Source of the DNA: an uncultured Pseudomonadales bacterium
Lineage (GTDB): Bacteria; Patescibacteriota; Microgenomatia; UBA1400; CAYXSR01
Assembly (NCBI GenBank): GCA_964430265.1
Contig: CAYSEI010000001.1
Location: 254,987 to 318,986, forward strand
Direction: 5' to 3'
Length of the DNA: 64,000 nt
Under the pieces are notes generated by a model that was given only the letters and a program-made list of their open reading frames with translations, made no database searches and was not told the DNA's origin. The translations under genes were made by a program, and so were the position numbers. Shown piece after piece: positions 47,763 through 58,532 of the stretch (positions are counted from its first letter, which is position 1; the number at the start of each line of letters is the position of its first letter).

Positions 47763-49267
47763 TAACTTTTTTCTTCAATTGTCTTTTTTATCTGGTAAGC
47801 TAAATATGGATTCCACATTGCACCTGTTGCGGACTGGACTGCATCCGCACCCAGTTTTAAATACTGGAAATAGTCTTTTGGTGTCATTACTCCGCCCACC
47901 CCAATAATTTTGTACTCATAATCATTTTCTTTTCTTTCTTCAGCCAGAACCTTTACAACCGAAAGTCCGGCGTCTTTTATTAAAGCACCGCAAGTTCCTG
48001 AACGCACTCTGCTTTTCCCCGGCAATGCCTGCTTTCCGTCGTAATTAAAAACTTCTTTAGGAACAGTGTTTATTGCTACATATCCATCAATAAATGAATG
48101 CGTCAATTCAATAAATTCCTTTAGTTCCCTTTGACCGGGAAAATATCCCAGCTTTGCAAGTAAAGGGGTATTTCCAATATTTTCTTTTACATTTTTCAGT
48201 ATTTTTTGGGAAAGGCTGTGGTTATTAAAAATTGCTCCTGTACCTAAATTGGGACAGGACAAATTAATTTCTATTACCGGAGCTCCGGCTCCAACTCCCA
48301 TTTCTGCGCAATTAACAAAATCATTAATATATTCTTGTTCAGTGGTTTCTTCAGTTGCCGACCCCATTACTGATAAAATTAGAAGTTGTCCTTTTGCGAG
48401 TTGGGGTAAAAGTCTTTTTATATCTTCCTGCCAAACATCCGGTTCTTTGGAAGGAACGCCAAATGAATTGGTTATGCTGAAATTGGAATAATCATCAGTA
48501 TTTACATTTTTTCTGGTGAAAGCAGGCTTTTTCGGATCATAATTGTATGATTTCGGATCAATAAATACAATGTTTGGTGGTTGGTGGCAGGCTTTGTTAA
48601 CGGTTCTAATTGTTTTGTAGGTTAAAATATCAAATCCAAGATCAGCATAGGTTTTAACCCAGTTACCGTTTAAAAGCGGACCCGCAGGAATACCAATTAA
48701 AGAATTCACTTTAAATCCCAAAAAAGTCTTTTTTGCTTTGTTTTCAAGGTCCGGATAGGCACCATTGAAAAATGGACCAAACTCATAATTAAAATCATAT
48801 GATTTGTTAACATCATAAAGAGGATGGTAAAAAGGTGTAAAAGCACTGGCTTTAGGTGCTTGTCTTTTTTGATCCGGTTTTTCCAGATTAAAATCTTTGG
48901 CAATTGAATTTAACCAGAGTTTTGCTACTTCAATATCAGTAATTAAAGTAGTATTGTTCTCTACCGCTTTTTTACGGATGTATTGACCGTCTGTATATTC
49001 ATTGTCTTTGTGTTCGTGGATGTCCCTTGAGGGTATGTTTATAATTAGGTCAAAACTGTTTCTGATTAAATGGTCAGCAAGATTTGGTTTTTTTTCAGAG
49101 TTACTGATTTTATGTACCAGTTTATTATCAACTTTATTGTCTTTTAAAAATTTGGAAGTATTTTTTGTTGCAAATATCTGGTATTTTTGTAAGGGTACTT
49201 TTTTAACAAATGGTAGTAATTCCTTTTTGTTTTCTTTTTTACCGATGCTGATTAAAAGGTTCTTCAT
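47762..49267 (-). CDS. pyrD: dihydroorotate dehydrogenase with N-terminal MGS-like domain fusion
   Basis: C-terminal class-1 DHODH motifs (GIPAGPLLNG, NLSCPN, IIGVGGVMTPKDYFQYLKLGADAVQ). The N-terminal roughly 150 aa resemble the MGS-like domain of CarB/PurH (LLISIGKKENKKELLPFVKK…IFATKNTSKFLKDNKV…DLIINIPS…TTLITDIEVAKLW). Confidence 0.75.
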   Translation of the reverse strand: MKNLLISIGKKENKKELLPFVKKVPLQKYQIFATKNTSKFLKDNKVDNKLVHKISNSEKKPNLADHLIRNSFDLIINIPSRDIHEHKDNEYTDGQYIRKKAVENNTTLITDIEVAKLWLNSIAKDFNLEKPDQKRQAPKASAFTPFYHPLYDVNKSYDFNYEFGPFFNGAYPDLENKAKKTFLGFKVNSLIGIPAGPLLNGNWVKTYADLGFDILTYKTIRTVNKACHQPPNIVFIDPKSYNYDPKKPAFTRKNVNTDDYSNFSITNSFGVPSKEPDVWQEDIKRLLPQLAKGQLLILSVMGSATEETTEQEYINDFVNCAEMGVGAGAPVIEINLSCPNLGTGAIFNNHSLSQKILKNVKENIGNTPLLAKLGYFPGQRELKEFIELTHSFIDGYVAINTVPKEVFNYDGKQALPGKSRVRSGTCGALIKDAGLSVVKVLAEERKENDYEYKIIGVGGVMTPKDYFQYLKLGADAVQSATGAMWNPYLAYQIKKTIEEKS

Positions 49268-49272
49268 GTCCG

Positions 49273-49294
49273 AAAAAAACCCCCTTACGGGGGC
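49273..49294 (-). terminator. rho-independent terminator between dnaE and pyrD
   Basis: Minus strand reads gcccccgtaagggggttttttt: a 5-bp GC stem (ccccc/ggggg), loop gtaa and a T7 run. Located 3' of the dnaE stop. Confidence 0.65.
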
Positions 49295-49369
49295 TCCAAT
49301 ATTGTTTATGTAATTAATTAAGCCATTAATATAATAATGTAATAGTAGAAGGATGTTTTGTCAAGCGCT

Positions 49370-52300
49370 TCAGCGTAATAAATCAGCTATTTTTTTCTTG
49401 AGTTCCTCTGTTATATTAACTCTATAAGGAAGAGGAATTCGTTTAGTTTGTGAACCATTGGGTAAAATAATTACCACTTTATCCCAGCCTTCGTTTTTTT
49501 TCAGAAGATTTGCCAGTTTTTTTAAAACCAAACGTGGAGTTCCCGAAGGAATATGGATTTCATGTAAATTGGTTTTTTGTAGTTTACTTTTAACTTCTTC
49601 CAAGTTTGTAACCTTTTCAACAATTACTGAAATTTTGTCATCTCTGTTATTAATCTTTCCGTCTATAAAAACAATATTATCTTCTTTTAAGTATTGTTTG
49701 TACTTTTCATAAGTTTTGGGAAAGACAACTCCCTCTATTTTCCCGGATTGATCACTTATCAAAATAAAAGACATTTCTTCATTTTTCTTTTTTGTGAAAA
49801 TAACCTTGACTTGTTGCAGGATGCCTGCAATTTTGACTTTTTTCTGGTTGTGGTCATTTGCATTCAAATTCGCAATTTTATGGGTGGAAAATTCATTTAC
49901 AATTTTTTTGTTTTTGTCTAAAGGATCTTCTTCCAAATATATTCCTAGGTATTTTTTTTCGAGGTTAGATCTTTCTGCAGGAGAAAACGGTTCTACTTCA
50001 GGAACCGTGTCTTGTATTTCCGTGGCAGTATTATTTTTGTCCTTACCTGATATAAATAAGGAAGTTTGGCCTGTTTCCCTACGTTTTTGTTCTTTTAATG
50101 CACGTGCTCTTATGTCCTCTAATCCGGCTAATAAGGCTGCTCTATGTCCAAATCCGTTCATTGCGCCTACTTTGATTAAGCTTTCAAGAACTTTTTTATT
50201 AACTTTTTGGTTGTCAACGCGGGTACAAAAATCAATTAAAGAAGTGAATTTCTTTTTATTACGTGCCTTGATTATTTCTTCAATTGCAGCTGCACCGACA
50301 TTTTTTACTGCTGCTAGTCCAAAGCGAATTGCCTTATTTTGAAATGAGTGCGGATCCTCTTCTATTGAAAACCAAACAGCTGATTTATTAATATCCGGAG
50401 GTAGGACATAAATTCCCATGCGATCACATTCACTAACACCTTTTGATACTTTTTCATCTCTAGTTGGTCCGGAATTTGCCATTGATTCAGAAGTTAGCAG
50501 TGCAGTTAAATATTCAACTGGATAGTGTGCTTTCATATATGCGGTTTGGTAAGAAATCATTGCATATGAAGCTGAGTGTGCTTTGTTAAATCCATAGCCG
50601 GCAAATTTTTCAATATAGCTCCAAACCTCTTTTGCAATTGCAGTTGAATAGCCCTTTTCTTTGGCACCTTTAATAAATTTCTTTTTTTCTTTTTTCATTA
50701 TGGAAAGTTTCTTTTTGCCGATAGCTCGACGCAAAATATCAGCTTCCCCCAATGAATATCCGGCCATCAAATTAGCAATTTGTAAGCATTGTTCCTGATA
50801 AACAGCAATTCCATATGTTTCTTCCAAAATTGTTTTTAAATCCTTATGAGGATATTGAACTGTATTAGGATTTTCTTTGCCTTTTATAAAGTCGGGAATA
50901 AGATCCATAGGGCCGGGGCGGTACAATGCTACCATAGCAGTTAAATCTGAAAATTTACTTGGTTTAAGATTTCTTGCAACTCTTCTCATACCCGCTGATT
51001 CCATTTGAAATACACCTACAGTATGTCCCTGGGTAATCATTTTATATACTTTTTCGTCATCCATGGGAATTTCTGAAAGATCAATTTCTTCGTCTTCGTA
51101 TTTTTTAACTAATTTCATGGCTTCTTGTAAAATAGTAAGGTTTCTTAGTCCTAAAAAGTCCATTTTTAGTAGCCCAATTGCAGTATCAGTTACGTTTAAA
51201 TCAAGTGAATACATGTCATATTGCGTAATAATGCGTTCTCCCCGGGATTCCTTTTGTAAGGGAGTATATTCAGTTAATTCCTTGTCGGCAATAATAACTG
51301 CGCATGCATGGCTTGAAGCGTGTCTGGCAACCCCCTCTACTTTTTGTGCCAGAGTAAGGAGCTTTTCGTATTTATCTTCTTGATAAAATTCCTTTAAATC
51401 AGGTACAGAGTCAAGAGATTTCTGTATTGAAGCGCCTTGCGGTATAAGCTTGGCTATTTGATCGGTTTCATTGTATGAAAGCCCCATAACTCTGCCAATA
51501 TCACGGATTGCTGCTCTTGCCTCCATCCTTCCAAAAGTAATTACCTGGGAAACCTTTTCTTTACCGTATTTTTGTGTAACATATTCAATGACCTTATCGC
51601 GTTTGTTATCAGCAAAGTCCAAATCTATATCGGGTGGACTCGGTCTTTCCGGATTTAAAAACCTTTCAAAAGGAATATTGTGAACAAGAGGATTTATTGA
51701 AGTTATGCGCAAAACATATGAAACTAGTGAACCGGCTACACTACCCCTGCCCGGTCCAACTCTGATATTCCGGTCTTTAGCCCAGTTTGTAAAATCCTGA
51801 ACAATTAAAAAATATGTTGCGTATCCTTTATTGCAGATAACATTTAATTCATATTTCAAACGCTCCTCAATTTCTTCTGTAATTTTCGGAAATCTTTTTT
51901 TTGCTCTTTCCCAGACCAGATGTTTTAAATATTCTTCCGGTGTTTTTCCTTTTGGTATTGGATAATTGGGGAAGATCATGTTGCCAATTGGGATTTCTAA
52001 ATCACATTTTTTAGCAATCTCGAGTGTATTGTCCAAGGCATCAGGAAGATCGGAAAAAATTTCTCTCATTTCTTCTGGTGAGCGTAAATAAAAGTCCGGG
52101 GAATCAAGCATGCTTAATCTATCAGTTTGGTCCAACGTAGTTTTGGTTTGGATAGCTAATAAAGCATCTTGTGCATCCGCATCTTCAGGGTCAACATAAT
52201 GAACGTCATTAGTGGCAATTAAAGGTATACCCATTTTTCTGGAGAGCTCAATAATCCTTTTATTTGCTTTTGCTTGTCGTTTTATTTTCGGATGATGCAT

Positions 52301-52831
52301 AATTTCAAAATAGAAGTCTTCACCAAAAATATCATAAAGTTTGCGGGCTTCTTCTTCTGCCTTTTTTTTCTTTCCTTCTAAAAGCAAGGATGGGATTTTG
52401 CCTTCAATACAAGCAGTCGAAGCAATTATTCCTTTTGAATATTCACTTAATAAATCCATATCCGCCCGTGGTTTGTAATAAAAACCCTCCAAATGTGCTT
52501 TGGTAACAATTTTCATTAAATTTCTATAGCCTTCCAAGTTTTTTGCAAGAAGAATTAAGTGGTTTTGACTGGAGTCAAGATGCGGAGTCTTTTCAAACCT
52601 TGATTTTCTTGCCATATAGATTTCGCATCCAATAATAGGTTTAATTCCTTGTTTTTTGCATTCTGTATAAAAGGGAATTGTGCCGTGCATTACTCCGTGG
52701 TCGGTTAAAGCTAAAGCAGGCATTCCCATTTCTTTAGCTCTTTGTACCAGCTCAGGAATTTTACACAGTCCATCCAATAAGGAGTATTCAGTGTGAACAT
52801 GAAGGTGTACAAAACTTTTGTTTTTATTCAT
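49370..52831 (-). CDS. dnaE: DNA polymerase III alpha subunit
   Basis: N-terminal PHP domain (HLHVHTEYSLLDG) plus polymerase core and OB domain. 1153 aa. Confidence 0.9.
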   Translation of the reverse strand: MNKNKSFVHLHVHTEYSLLDGLCKIPELVQRAKEMGMPALALTDHGVMHGTIPFYTECKKQGIKPIIGCEIYMARKSRFEKTPHLDSSQNHLILLAKNLEGYRNLMKIVTKAHLEGFYYKPRADMDLLSEYSKGIIASTACIEGKIPSLLLEGKKKKAEEEARKLYDIFGEDFYFEIMHHPKIKRQAKANKRIIELSRKMGIPLIATNDVHYVDPEDADAQDALLAIQTKTTLDQTDRLSMLDSPDFYLRSPEEMREIFSDLPDALDNTLEIAKKCDLEIPIGNMIFPNYPIPKGKTPEEYLKHLVWERAKKRFPKITEEIEERLKYELNVICNKGYATYFLIVQDFTNWAKDRNIRVGPGRGSVAGSLVSYVLRITSINPLVHNIPFERFLNPERPSPPDIDLDFADNKRDKVIEYVTQKYGKEKVSQVITFGRMEARAAIRDIGRVMGLSYNETDQIAKLIPQGASIQKSLDSVPDLKEFYQEDKYEKLLTLAQKVEGVARHASSHACAVIIADKELTEYTPLQKESRGERIITQYDMYSLDLNVTDTAIGLLKMDFLGLRNLTILQEAMKLVKKYEDEEIDLSEIPMDDEKVYKMITQGHTVGVFQMESAGMRRVARNLKPSKFSDLTAMVALYRPGPMDLIPDFIKGKENPNTVQYPHKDLKTILEETYGIAVYQEQCLQIANLMAGYSLGEADILRRAIGKKKLSIMKKEKKKFIKGAKEKGYSTAIAKEVWSYIEKFAGYGFNKAHSASYAMISYQTAYMKAHYPVEYLTALLTSESMANSGPTRDEKVSKGVSECDRMGIYVLPPDINKSAVWFSIEEDPHSFQNKAIRFGLAAVKNVGAAAIEEIIKARNKKKFTSLIDFCTRVDNQKVNKKVLESLIKVGAMNGFGHRAALLAGLEDIRARALKEQKRRETGQTSLFISGKDKNNTATEIQDTVPEVEPFSPAERSNLEKKYLGIYLEEDPLDKNKKIVNEFSTHKIANLNANDHNQKKVKIAGILQQVKVIFTKKKNEEMSFILISDQSGKIEGVVFPKTYEKYKQYLKEDNIVFIDGKINNRDDKISVIVEKVTNLEEVKSKLQKTNLHEIHIPSGTPRLVLKKLANLLKKNEGWDKVVIILPNGSQTKRIPLPYRVNITEELKKKIADLLR

Positions 52832-52867
52832 ATAAATAATCTAAATATAAGCTTAACATTATTAATG

Positions 52868-54214
52868 TTAAGTATTGTTGGACAGTTTTTCAACCAGCAT
52901 TCTTTTCACCCTTTTAGGAGAGGCTTTGCCCTGGATTTTTTGCATTGTTTGGCCTATTAGAAATCCAATTACCTCTTTTTTACCTTTTTTGTAATCTTCT
53001 ACTGCTTCCGGGTTTTCTTTGATTACATTTTCCAGTATTTTTTTCAGCCGATCTGTTTCAAGTTCTGGTTTTTCTGACTTTTTAACTAACTTATTAATTA
53101 ATTGTTCAGGATCTATTTTCCCAATATCAATTTTTTTATTGATAATCTGCTTAGCTGCTTTTTGGATATATTTTGTATCTAAGCTTTTTTCTCTGATCAA
53201 TTCCTTGGTTTTATCAAAAAAAGTACCCATCTTGATCTTTTTAATTAAAATTTCTGCTTGGTATTGAGATAATTCGTCTTTTTTTATGTACATTTTCAGT
53301 TTTTCATTGGGAAGAACAGGAAGATTATCTTTTATTTGCATGATTTTTTCTTTTGTTATTCGAATCGGTGGAATATCAGGTTCAGGAAAGTACCTATAGT
53401 CAGCTGCTTGCTCCTTGTTCCGCTGGGAAAAAGTATTTCCCGTTTCCTCATTAAAACCGCGTGTTTCTTGGGCAGGCATTTTCCCTGAATCAAGAATTGC
53501 TTTCTGTCTTTTAAGTTCTTTTTCTATTGCGCTTTTTACAAATCTAAACGAATTAATATTTTTAACTTCTACCTTGTATCCGGGTAAACCTTTTTCATCT
53601 GGTTTTTTTAGCGAGATATTAGGTTCCAAGCGCATACTGCCTTTGTCCATGGCTGCGCTGGATACATTTAAATATAAAATTGTCTGCTGAAGCTTTCTTA
53701 AATACGCTATTGCTTCCGCTGTTGAGTTTAAATCCGGTTTAGTTACAATTTCTACCAAAGGAACGCCGGATCGGTTAAAGTCAATTAAGGAAGCTTCTCC
53801 CCTATGCAAAAGCTTACCAGTATCTTCTTCTAAATGAACTCTTTCAATTCCGACTTTTTTTTCACCATTTTCAGTTTGGATGGCTAAAGATCCGTCATAA
53901 CAAAAAGGAATGTCATATTGGGATATTTGATATCCTTTGGCAAGATCGGGATAAAAATAGTTTTTGCGATCAAATTTGGAAAATCTATTAATTTTACAAT
54001 TTAATGCCATACCAATTTTTAAAGTCCAGTCAATTGCTTTCTGATTTGGGACAGGTAGAGCTCCGGGCAGGCCCAAACATACAGGACAAGTGTTTTTATT
54101 GGGTTCAACTTGAAAGTGGTATGCCGGGCAGTCACAAAACATTTTAGATTCTGTTTCCAGTTCTACATGAACTTCCAATCCGATTATTGGCATATATTTG
54201 TTATTCTTGTTCAT
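52868..54214 (-). CDS. gatB: Asp-tRNA(Asn)/Glu-tRNA(Gln) amidotransferase subunit B
   Basis: N-terminus PIIGLEVHVELETESKMFCDCP and a C-terminal YqeY-like domain. Confidence 0.9.
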   Translation of the reverse strand: MNKNNKYMPIIGLEVHVELETESKMFCDCPAYHFQVEPNKNTCPVCLGLPGALPVPNQKAIDWTLKIGMALNCKINRFSKFDRKNYFYPDLAKGYQISQYDIPFCYDGSLAIQTENGEKKVGIERVHLEEDTGKLLHRGEASLIDFNRSGVPLVEIVTKPDLNSTAEAIAYLRKLQQTILYLNVSSAAMDKGSMRLEPNISLKKPDEKGLPGYKVEVKNINSFRFVKSAIEKELKRQKAILDSGKMPAQETRGFNEETGNTFSQRNKEQAADYRYFPEPDIPPIRITKEKIMQIKDNLPVLPNEKLKMYIKKDELSQYQAEILIKKIKMGTFFDKTKELIREKSLDTKYIQKAAKQIINKKIDIGKIDPEQLINKLVKKSEKPELETDRLKKILENVIKENPEAVEDYKKGKKEVIGFLIGQTMQKIQGKASPKRVKRMLVEKLSNNT

Positions 54215-55598
54215 ATTTGATCGCTGTTTTTAATAAATTTTTTTCACTTAGTTGTGGTCCAAAAAGTTGAAAAGCTAAAGGCAGGTTGTTCTTCGTTTTT
54301 CCGCAAGGAATACTTATCCCTGGGAGTCCGGCTAAACTGCTAGCTTCAACTAAAACATCCTGCATTTCGCCAAACATTGCTTGTCCTTCGGAAGCTCCAA
54401 TTTTTAATGCCGGACTTGGTGAAACAGGACTGATTAAAAGATCAACTTCTTTAAATACGCGCTCAAAGTCTTTACAAATAAGATTTCTGACTTTTTGTGC
54501 TTTGTTGTAATATTGATCATAATAACCGGTTGACAAAGCGTAAGTGCCCAACATAATTCTTCTTTTTGCTTCTTTACCAAAACTTGAGCGATTTTCTCCG
54601 TAGCGAATTCCGTCAAAACGGGCTAGATTTGAAGAAACCTCAGCTCTTTGTACAATTGTGTATACTGCAATTGAATACTTAGGATCCAACAAACTGACTT
54701 CCTTTATTTTAGCACCCGATTTTTTAAATTGTTGAATAGCATTTTTAACTGCAACAGTTATTTCCGGGTCGAGTCCTTTTAAAAAATATTCCTTTGGTAC
54801 ACCAATAACTGTTTTGTCCGTAGCCTTTTTTTCAATCGGATAATATTTTTCTACTTTGCTAGGTAAAGTTGTAGCATCTTTTTTATCCTTGCCGGCAAGC
54901 ACCTCTAGAACAAGAGCAGCATCTTCAATAGATTTGGTTAAAGGTCCGGGACAATCGGTTGAAGAACACATAGCAATTACACCATACCTGGAAACTCTAC
55001 CGTAGCTTGGTTTGAGACCTACTGTTCCACACCATGCAGCCGGTTGACGAATTGAGCCTGCAGTTTCACTTCCAATTGCAAAAATACATTCATGCGCAGC
55101 TACAGCTGCGGCAGAACCACCCGAAGAACCTCCGGGTAAATACTTGTGGTTATGTGGATTCTTGGTTGTAAAAAATGCGGATGTTTCTGTTGATGAACCG
55201 TGAGCCCAGGCATCCATGTTAGTTTTGCCAAGAATTACTGTACCACTATTTTTAAGTTTTTTTATGACGGTAGCATCATATTGAGGTAAATAATCATTCA
55301 AAACTTTGGAACCAGCTGTGGTTTTAATGTTTTTTGTACAAAAATTGTCCTTTATCGCAACAGGAATCCCTAAAAGTGGTTTTTTTTCAAAAGCTTTTTC
55401 CCCAAATTTTTCAATTTCTTGATCAGCTTGTTTGGCTGCTTTTAAAGCTTGATCCTCACAAACTGTTATAAAAGCATGAATTTGATTATCAATTTTTTTT
55501 ATCCTGTTTAAACAAGATAAAACAAGTTCTGTAGATGTAAAGTCTTTGTTTTTTAATCCACTTATCGCTTGAATAATAGTTTTTTCGTTGAGATTCAT
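54201..55598 (-). CDS. gatA: Asp-tRNA(Asn)/Glu-tRNA(Gln) amidotransferase subunit A
   Basis: Amidase signature GGSSGGSAAAVAA and the Ser-cisSer-Lys triad context. Confidence 0.9.
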   Translation of the reverse strand: MNLNEKTIIQAISGLKNKDFTSTELVLSCLNRIKKIDNQIHAFITVCEDQALKAAKQADQEIEKFGEKAFEKKPLLGIPVAIKDNFCTKNIKTTAGSKVLNDYLPQYDATVIKKLKNSGTVILGKTNMDAWAHGSSTETSAFFTTKNPHNHKYLPGGSSGGSAAAVAAHECIFAIGSETAGSIRQPAAWCGTVGLKPSYGRVSRYGVIAMCSSTDCPGPLTKSIEDAALVLEVLAGKDKKDATTLPSKVEKYYPIEKKATDKTVIGVPKEYFLKGLDPEITVAVKNAIQQFKKSGAKIKEVSLLDPKYSIAVYTIVQRAEVSSNLARFDGIRYGENRSSFGKEAKRRIMLGTYALSTGYYDQYYNKAQKVRNLICKDFERVFKEVDLLISPVSPSPALKIGASEGQAMFGEMQDVLVEASSLAGLPGISIPCGKTKNNLPLAFQLFGPQLSEKNLLKTAIKYEQE

Positions 55599-55891
55599 TC
55601 GAATATCGCCTTTACCTTGAAATAGCCGTTTGATTTTGATTTAGCTTGTGAAGTTGCTTCTTTTTGAGTCAAGTTTGTCTTGGAAACATCTTTTCTAGTT
55701 ACGTTTTCAAGTCCGGTTACTTGACTTATCGGCTTGACAGTTTCTGTATCCAATTCATCTAAAACTTCTACATATTCTAAGGTGTCTGACAATTGTTTTC
55801 TAAATAATTCTATTTCTTCTTGAGATAGTTGAAGATTTGCAAGACTGGCAATATGAAGGACCTCTTTTTTGGATAGTTGTTTTTTTGTCAT
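55595..55891 (-). CDS. gatC: Asp-tRNA(Asn)/Glu-tRNA(Gln) amidotransferase subunit C
   Basis: 98-aa helical protein directly upstream of and overlapping gatA, giving the gatCAB order. Confidence 0.8.
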   Translation of the reverse strand: MTKKQLSKKEVLHIASLANLQLSQEEIELFRKQLSDTLEYVEVLDELDTETVKPISQVTGLENVTRKDVSKTNLTQKEATSQAKSKSNGYFKVKAIFE

Positions 55892-55955
55892 ATAAGTATT
55901 TTACAAAAATAAATGGGGAAAATAAAATCAAGTTTAGAAAACTATTACAAAAAAC

Positions 55956-58532
55956 TTAGGCTTTTTTTACACGAATTCTTTCTTTATCCATGACTGCTTT
56001 TACTTTAACACCTTCTTCTACTTCTCCTTCAACAATTTTTAATGCTAAAGGGTCAAGAATTTTATCCTGGATTACCCGTTTAAGAGGACGTGCTCCAAAG
56101 ACCGGATCATAACCTTCTTTTGCCAGCTGTTTCTTTACTTGATCAGTTACTTCCAAACTAATATTTTGTGACTGCATTCTTTTTTTAACGTCTTTAATTT
56201 GAAGTTCAACAATCTTTTGTAAATCTGTTTCAGATAAAGGATTAAAAAGAATGATCTCATCAAGTCGGTTTATGAATTCCGGTCTGAACGACTTTTTTAT
56301 TAAACCGGTAATTTCCTTTTCTGTTTCTTTACTGACTCTGCCCTCTTCAACATTAATTCTGTCACTACCTAAATTCGAAGTCATAATTATTATAGTATTT
56401 CTAAAATCGACAGTCCTGCCTTTACCGTCAGTTAACCTTCCGTCATCCAGAACCTGCAGTAGAAGATTAAAAACGTCCTTGTGTGCTTTTTCTATTTCAT
56501 CCAATAAAATTACTGTATAAGGTTTTCTTCTTACAGCTTCAGTCAGTTGTCCGCCTTTTTCATGCCCAACATATCCGGGAGGAGAGCCAATTAAACGGGC
56601 AACAGTATGTCTTTCCTGATATTCACTCATGTCTATTCTGACCATGGCATTTTCGTCATTGAAAAGCACTTCTGCCAAGGCTTTAGTAAGCTCGGTTTTG
56701 CCGACACCGGTTGGACCGACAAAAATGAAACTGCCGATCGGTTTGTCCTCTTCTGCGACTCCTGATCTTGCACGTCTGATTGCGTTACTAACTTCTCTGA
56801 CAGCGTCTTTTTGGTCTACAACTCTTTGGTGGATTTCATCTTCCAGATTAGCCAATTTTTTAGCTTCAGATTTTAATAATTTTGTTACCGGAACTCCTGT
56901 CCAGCGCGAAACAACCTTAGCGATACTTTCTTCTGTTACTTCTTCTTGAAGAATTTTCTCTTCGTCAGGAATCTTTTTCCATTTTTCAGTGTACTTACTT
57001 AGTTCTTCTTCCAGTTCCGGAATCTTACCGTATTTAATTTCAGCGGCCTTGTCCAAATTAACATCCCTTTCCGCTTTTTGTAGCTTAATACGCAGTTCGT
57101 CAATTTTCTCACGGGTTTCCCTTACTTGCGACATTAACTCTTTTTGGTTTTTCCAAACCAATTCCAAGCTTTCTGCTTTTTCTTTTAGATTGGCAATCTC
57201 TTTTTCAATATTATCTACTTTCTCCTTTTCTCCTCGGCCGTTTTTTATTGCCTTTTTCTGGATTTCCAGCTGAGTTATTTTTCTTTTTAACTCATCCAAT
57301 TCTGTTGGCATGGATTCGGTTTCAATTTTTAAGGCGGATGATGCTTCATCAATTAGGTCAATTGCCTTATCAGGTAAAAATCTGTCACGGATATAACGGT
57401 TGGAAAGTTCCGCAGCAGCAACCAAAGCAGAATCCTGAATTCTAATTCCGTGGAAAAGTTCATACCGCTCCTTAAGCCCCCTTAAAATTGCAATTGTATC
57501 TTCAACAGAGGGTTCGGAAACATAAACGGGTTGAAAACGTCTTTCCAGTGCAGCGTCCTTTTCAATATGCTGTCTGTATTCTTCAATGGTTGTGGCACCG
57601 ATTGCCCTGATTTCTCCTCTAGCTAAAGCAGGCTTTAGCATATTGGATGCATCAACTGCTCCCTGGGCTGCGCCTGCTCCAACCAAAGTGTGGACTTCAT
57701 CAATAAAAATTATGTATCTTCCTTTTGCTTTTTTAATTTCTTTTAATAGAGCTTTAAGTCTTTCCTCAAATTCTCCCCTGAATTTACTTCCTGCTAATAA
57801 GGAGGCAATATCTAACATTAATACTTGTTTGTTTTTTAAAGTATCAGGAACATCACCATCGGCTATTCTTTGAGCTAAACCTTCAACAATAGCAGTCTTC
57901 CCTACTCCCGGATCTCCGATTAAAACCGGGTTGTTTTTTGTTCTACGCGAAATTATCTGCATCAAGCGTCTAATTTCTTCATTACGGCCAATAACGGGGT
58001 CAAGTTTACCTTCTTCTGCTCTTTTAATTAAATTAATTGTGTATTTTTCCAGAACCTGATACTTTGCTTCCGGAGATCTATCAGTTACTTTATTTGTTCC
58101 TCTGATCATTTTTAAAACCTCCTTTATATTCTTTTTATTGATCCCAACAGATTCAAGTATATCACGTGATTGGCACTCTTGACAAGTGAGTGCTAAAAAC
58201 AAGTGTTCTCGGGATATATACTGGTCATCCATTTGTTTTGCTTGATTTTTTGCATTTTTAAAAACAGTATTTAAGATCTCCGAAATTCTTGGTTTCGGAA
58301 TTTCTGTGCTTGAAGGTAGTTTTTCAATCTTTTTTTTTAGTTTATCTAGAACCTTTTCCTGGTCTGCCCCAATTTTTTCAATAATTGCAGAAACTACTCC
58401 TTTATTTTGCAGCACTAGTGCTAACAATAAATGCAAATCGTTAATTTGGGGATTTTTCTGTTCCTGAGCTATTTGGAGAGCATTGGCCAAAGCTTCCTGA
58501 GATGAGTAAGTTAAACTTTCAGGGTCAATCAT
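55956..58532 (-). CDS. clpB: ATP-dependent chaperone ClpB
   Basis: Clp N-domain, two AAA+ modules ([16 protein letters not shown]) and a long middle coiled-coil domain. 858 aa. Confidence 0.85.
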   Translation of the reverse strand: MIDPESLTYSSQEALANALQIAQEQKNPQINDLHLLLALVLQNKGVVSAIIEKIGADQEKVLDKLKKKIEKLPSSTEIPKPRISEILNTVFKNAKNQAKQMDDQYISREHLFLALTCQECQSRDILESVGINKKNIKEVLKMIRGTNKVTDRSPEAKYQVLEKYTINLIKRAEEGKLDPVIGRNEEIRRLMQIISRRTKNNPVLIGDPGVGKTAIVEGLAQRIADGDVPDTLKNKQVLMLDIASLLAGSKFRGEFEERLKALLKEIKKAKGRYIIFIDEVHTLVGAGAAQGAVDASNMLKPALARGEIRAIGATTIEEYRQHIEKDAALERRFQPVYVSEPSVEDTIAILRGLKERYELFHGIRIQDSALVAAAELSNRYIRDRFLPDKAIDLIDEASSALKIETESMPTELDELKRKITQLEIQKKAIKNGRGEKEKVDNIEKEIANLKEKAESLELVWKNQKELMSQVRETREKIDELRIKLQKAERDVNLDKAAEIKYGKIPELEEELSKYTEKWKKIPDEEKILQEEVTEESIAKVVSRWTGVPVTKLLKSEAKKLANLEDEIHQRVVDQKDAVREVSNAIRRARSGVAEEDKPIGSFIFVGPTGVGKTELTKALAEVLFNDENAMVRIDMSEYQERHTVARLIGSPPGYVGHEKGGQLTEAVRRKPYTVILLDEIEKAHKDVFNLLLQVLDDGRLTDGKGRTVDFRNTIIIMTSNLGSDRINVEEGRVSKETEKEITGLIKKSFRPEFINRLDEIILFNPLSETDLQKIVELQIKDVKKRMQSQNISLEVTDQVKKQLAKEGYDPVFGARPLKRVIQDKILDPLALKIVEGEVEEGVKVKAVMDKERIRVKKA

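Noticed and set aside
49458-51683. Multiple 60-180-aa plus-strand ORFs inside dnaE, with similar ones inside clpB (56251-57873) and ppsA (36030-37356)
   Set aside because: They are antisense to long, well-supported genes. They have low-complexity S/F/L-rich composition typical of reverse-strand readings of Lys-rich coding DNA.
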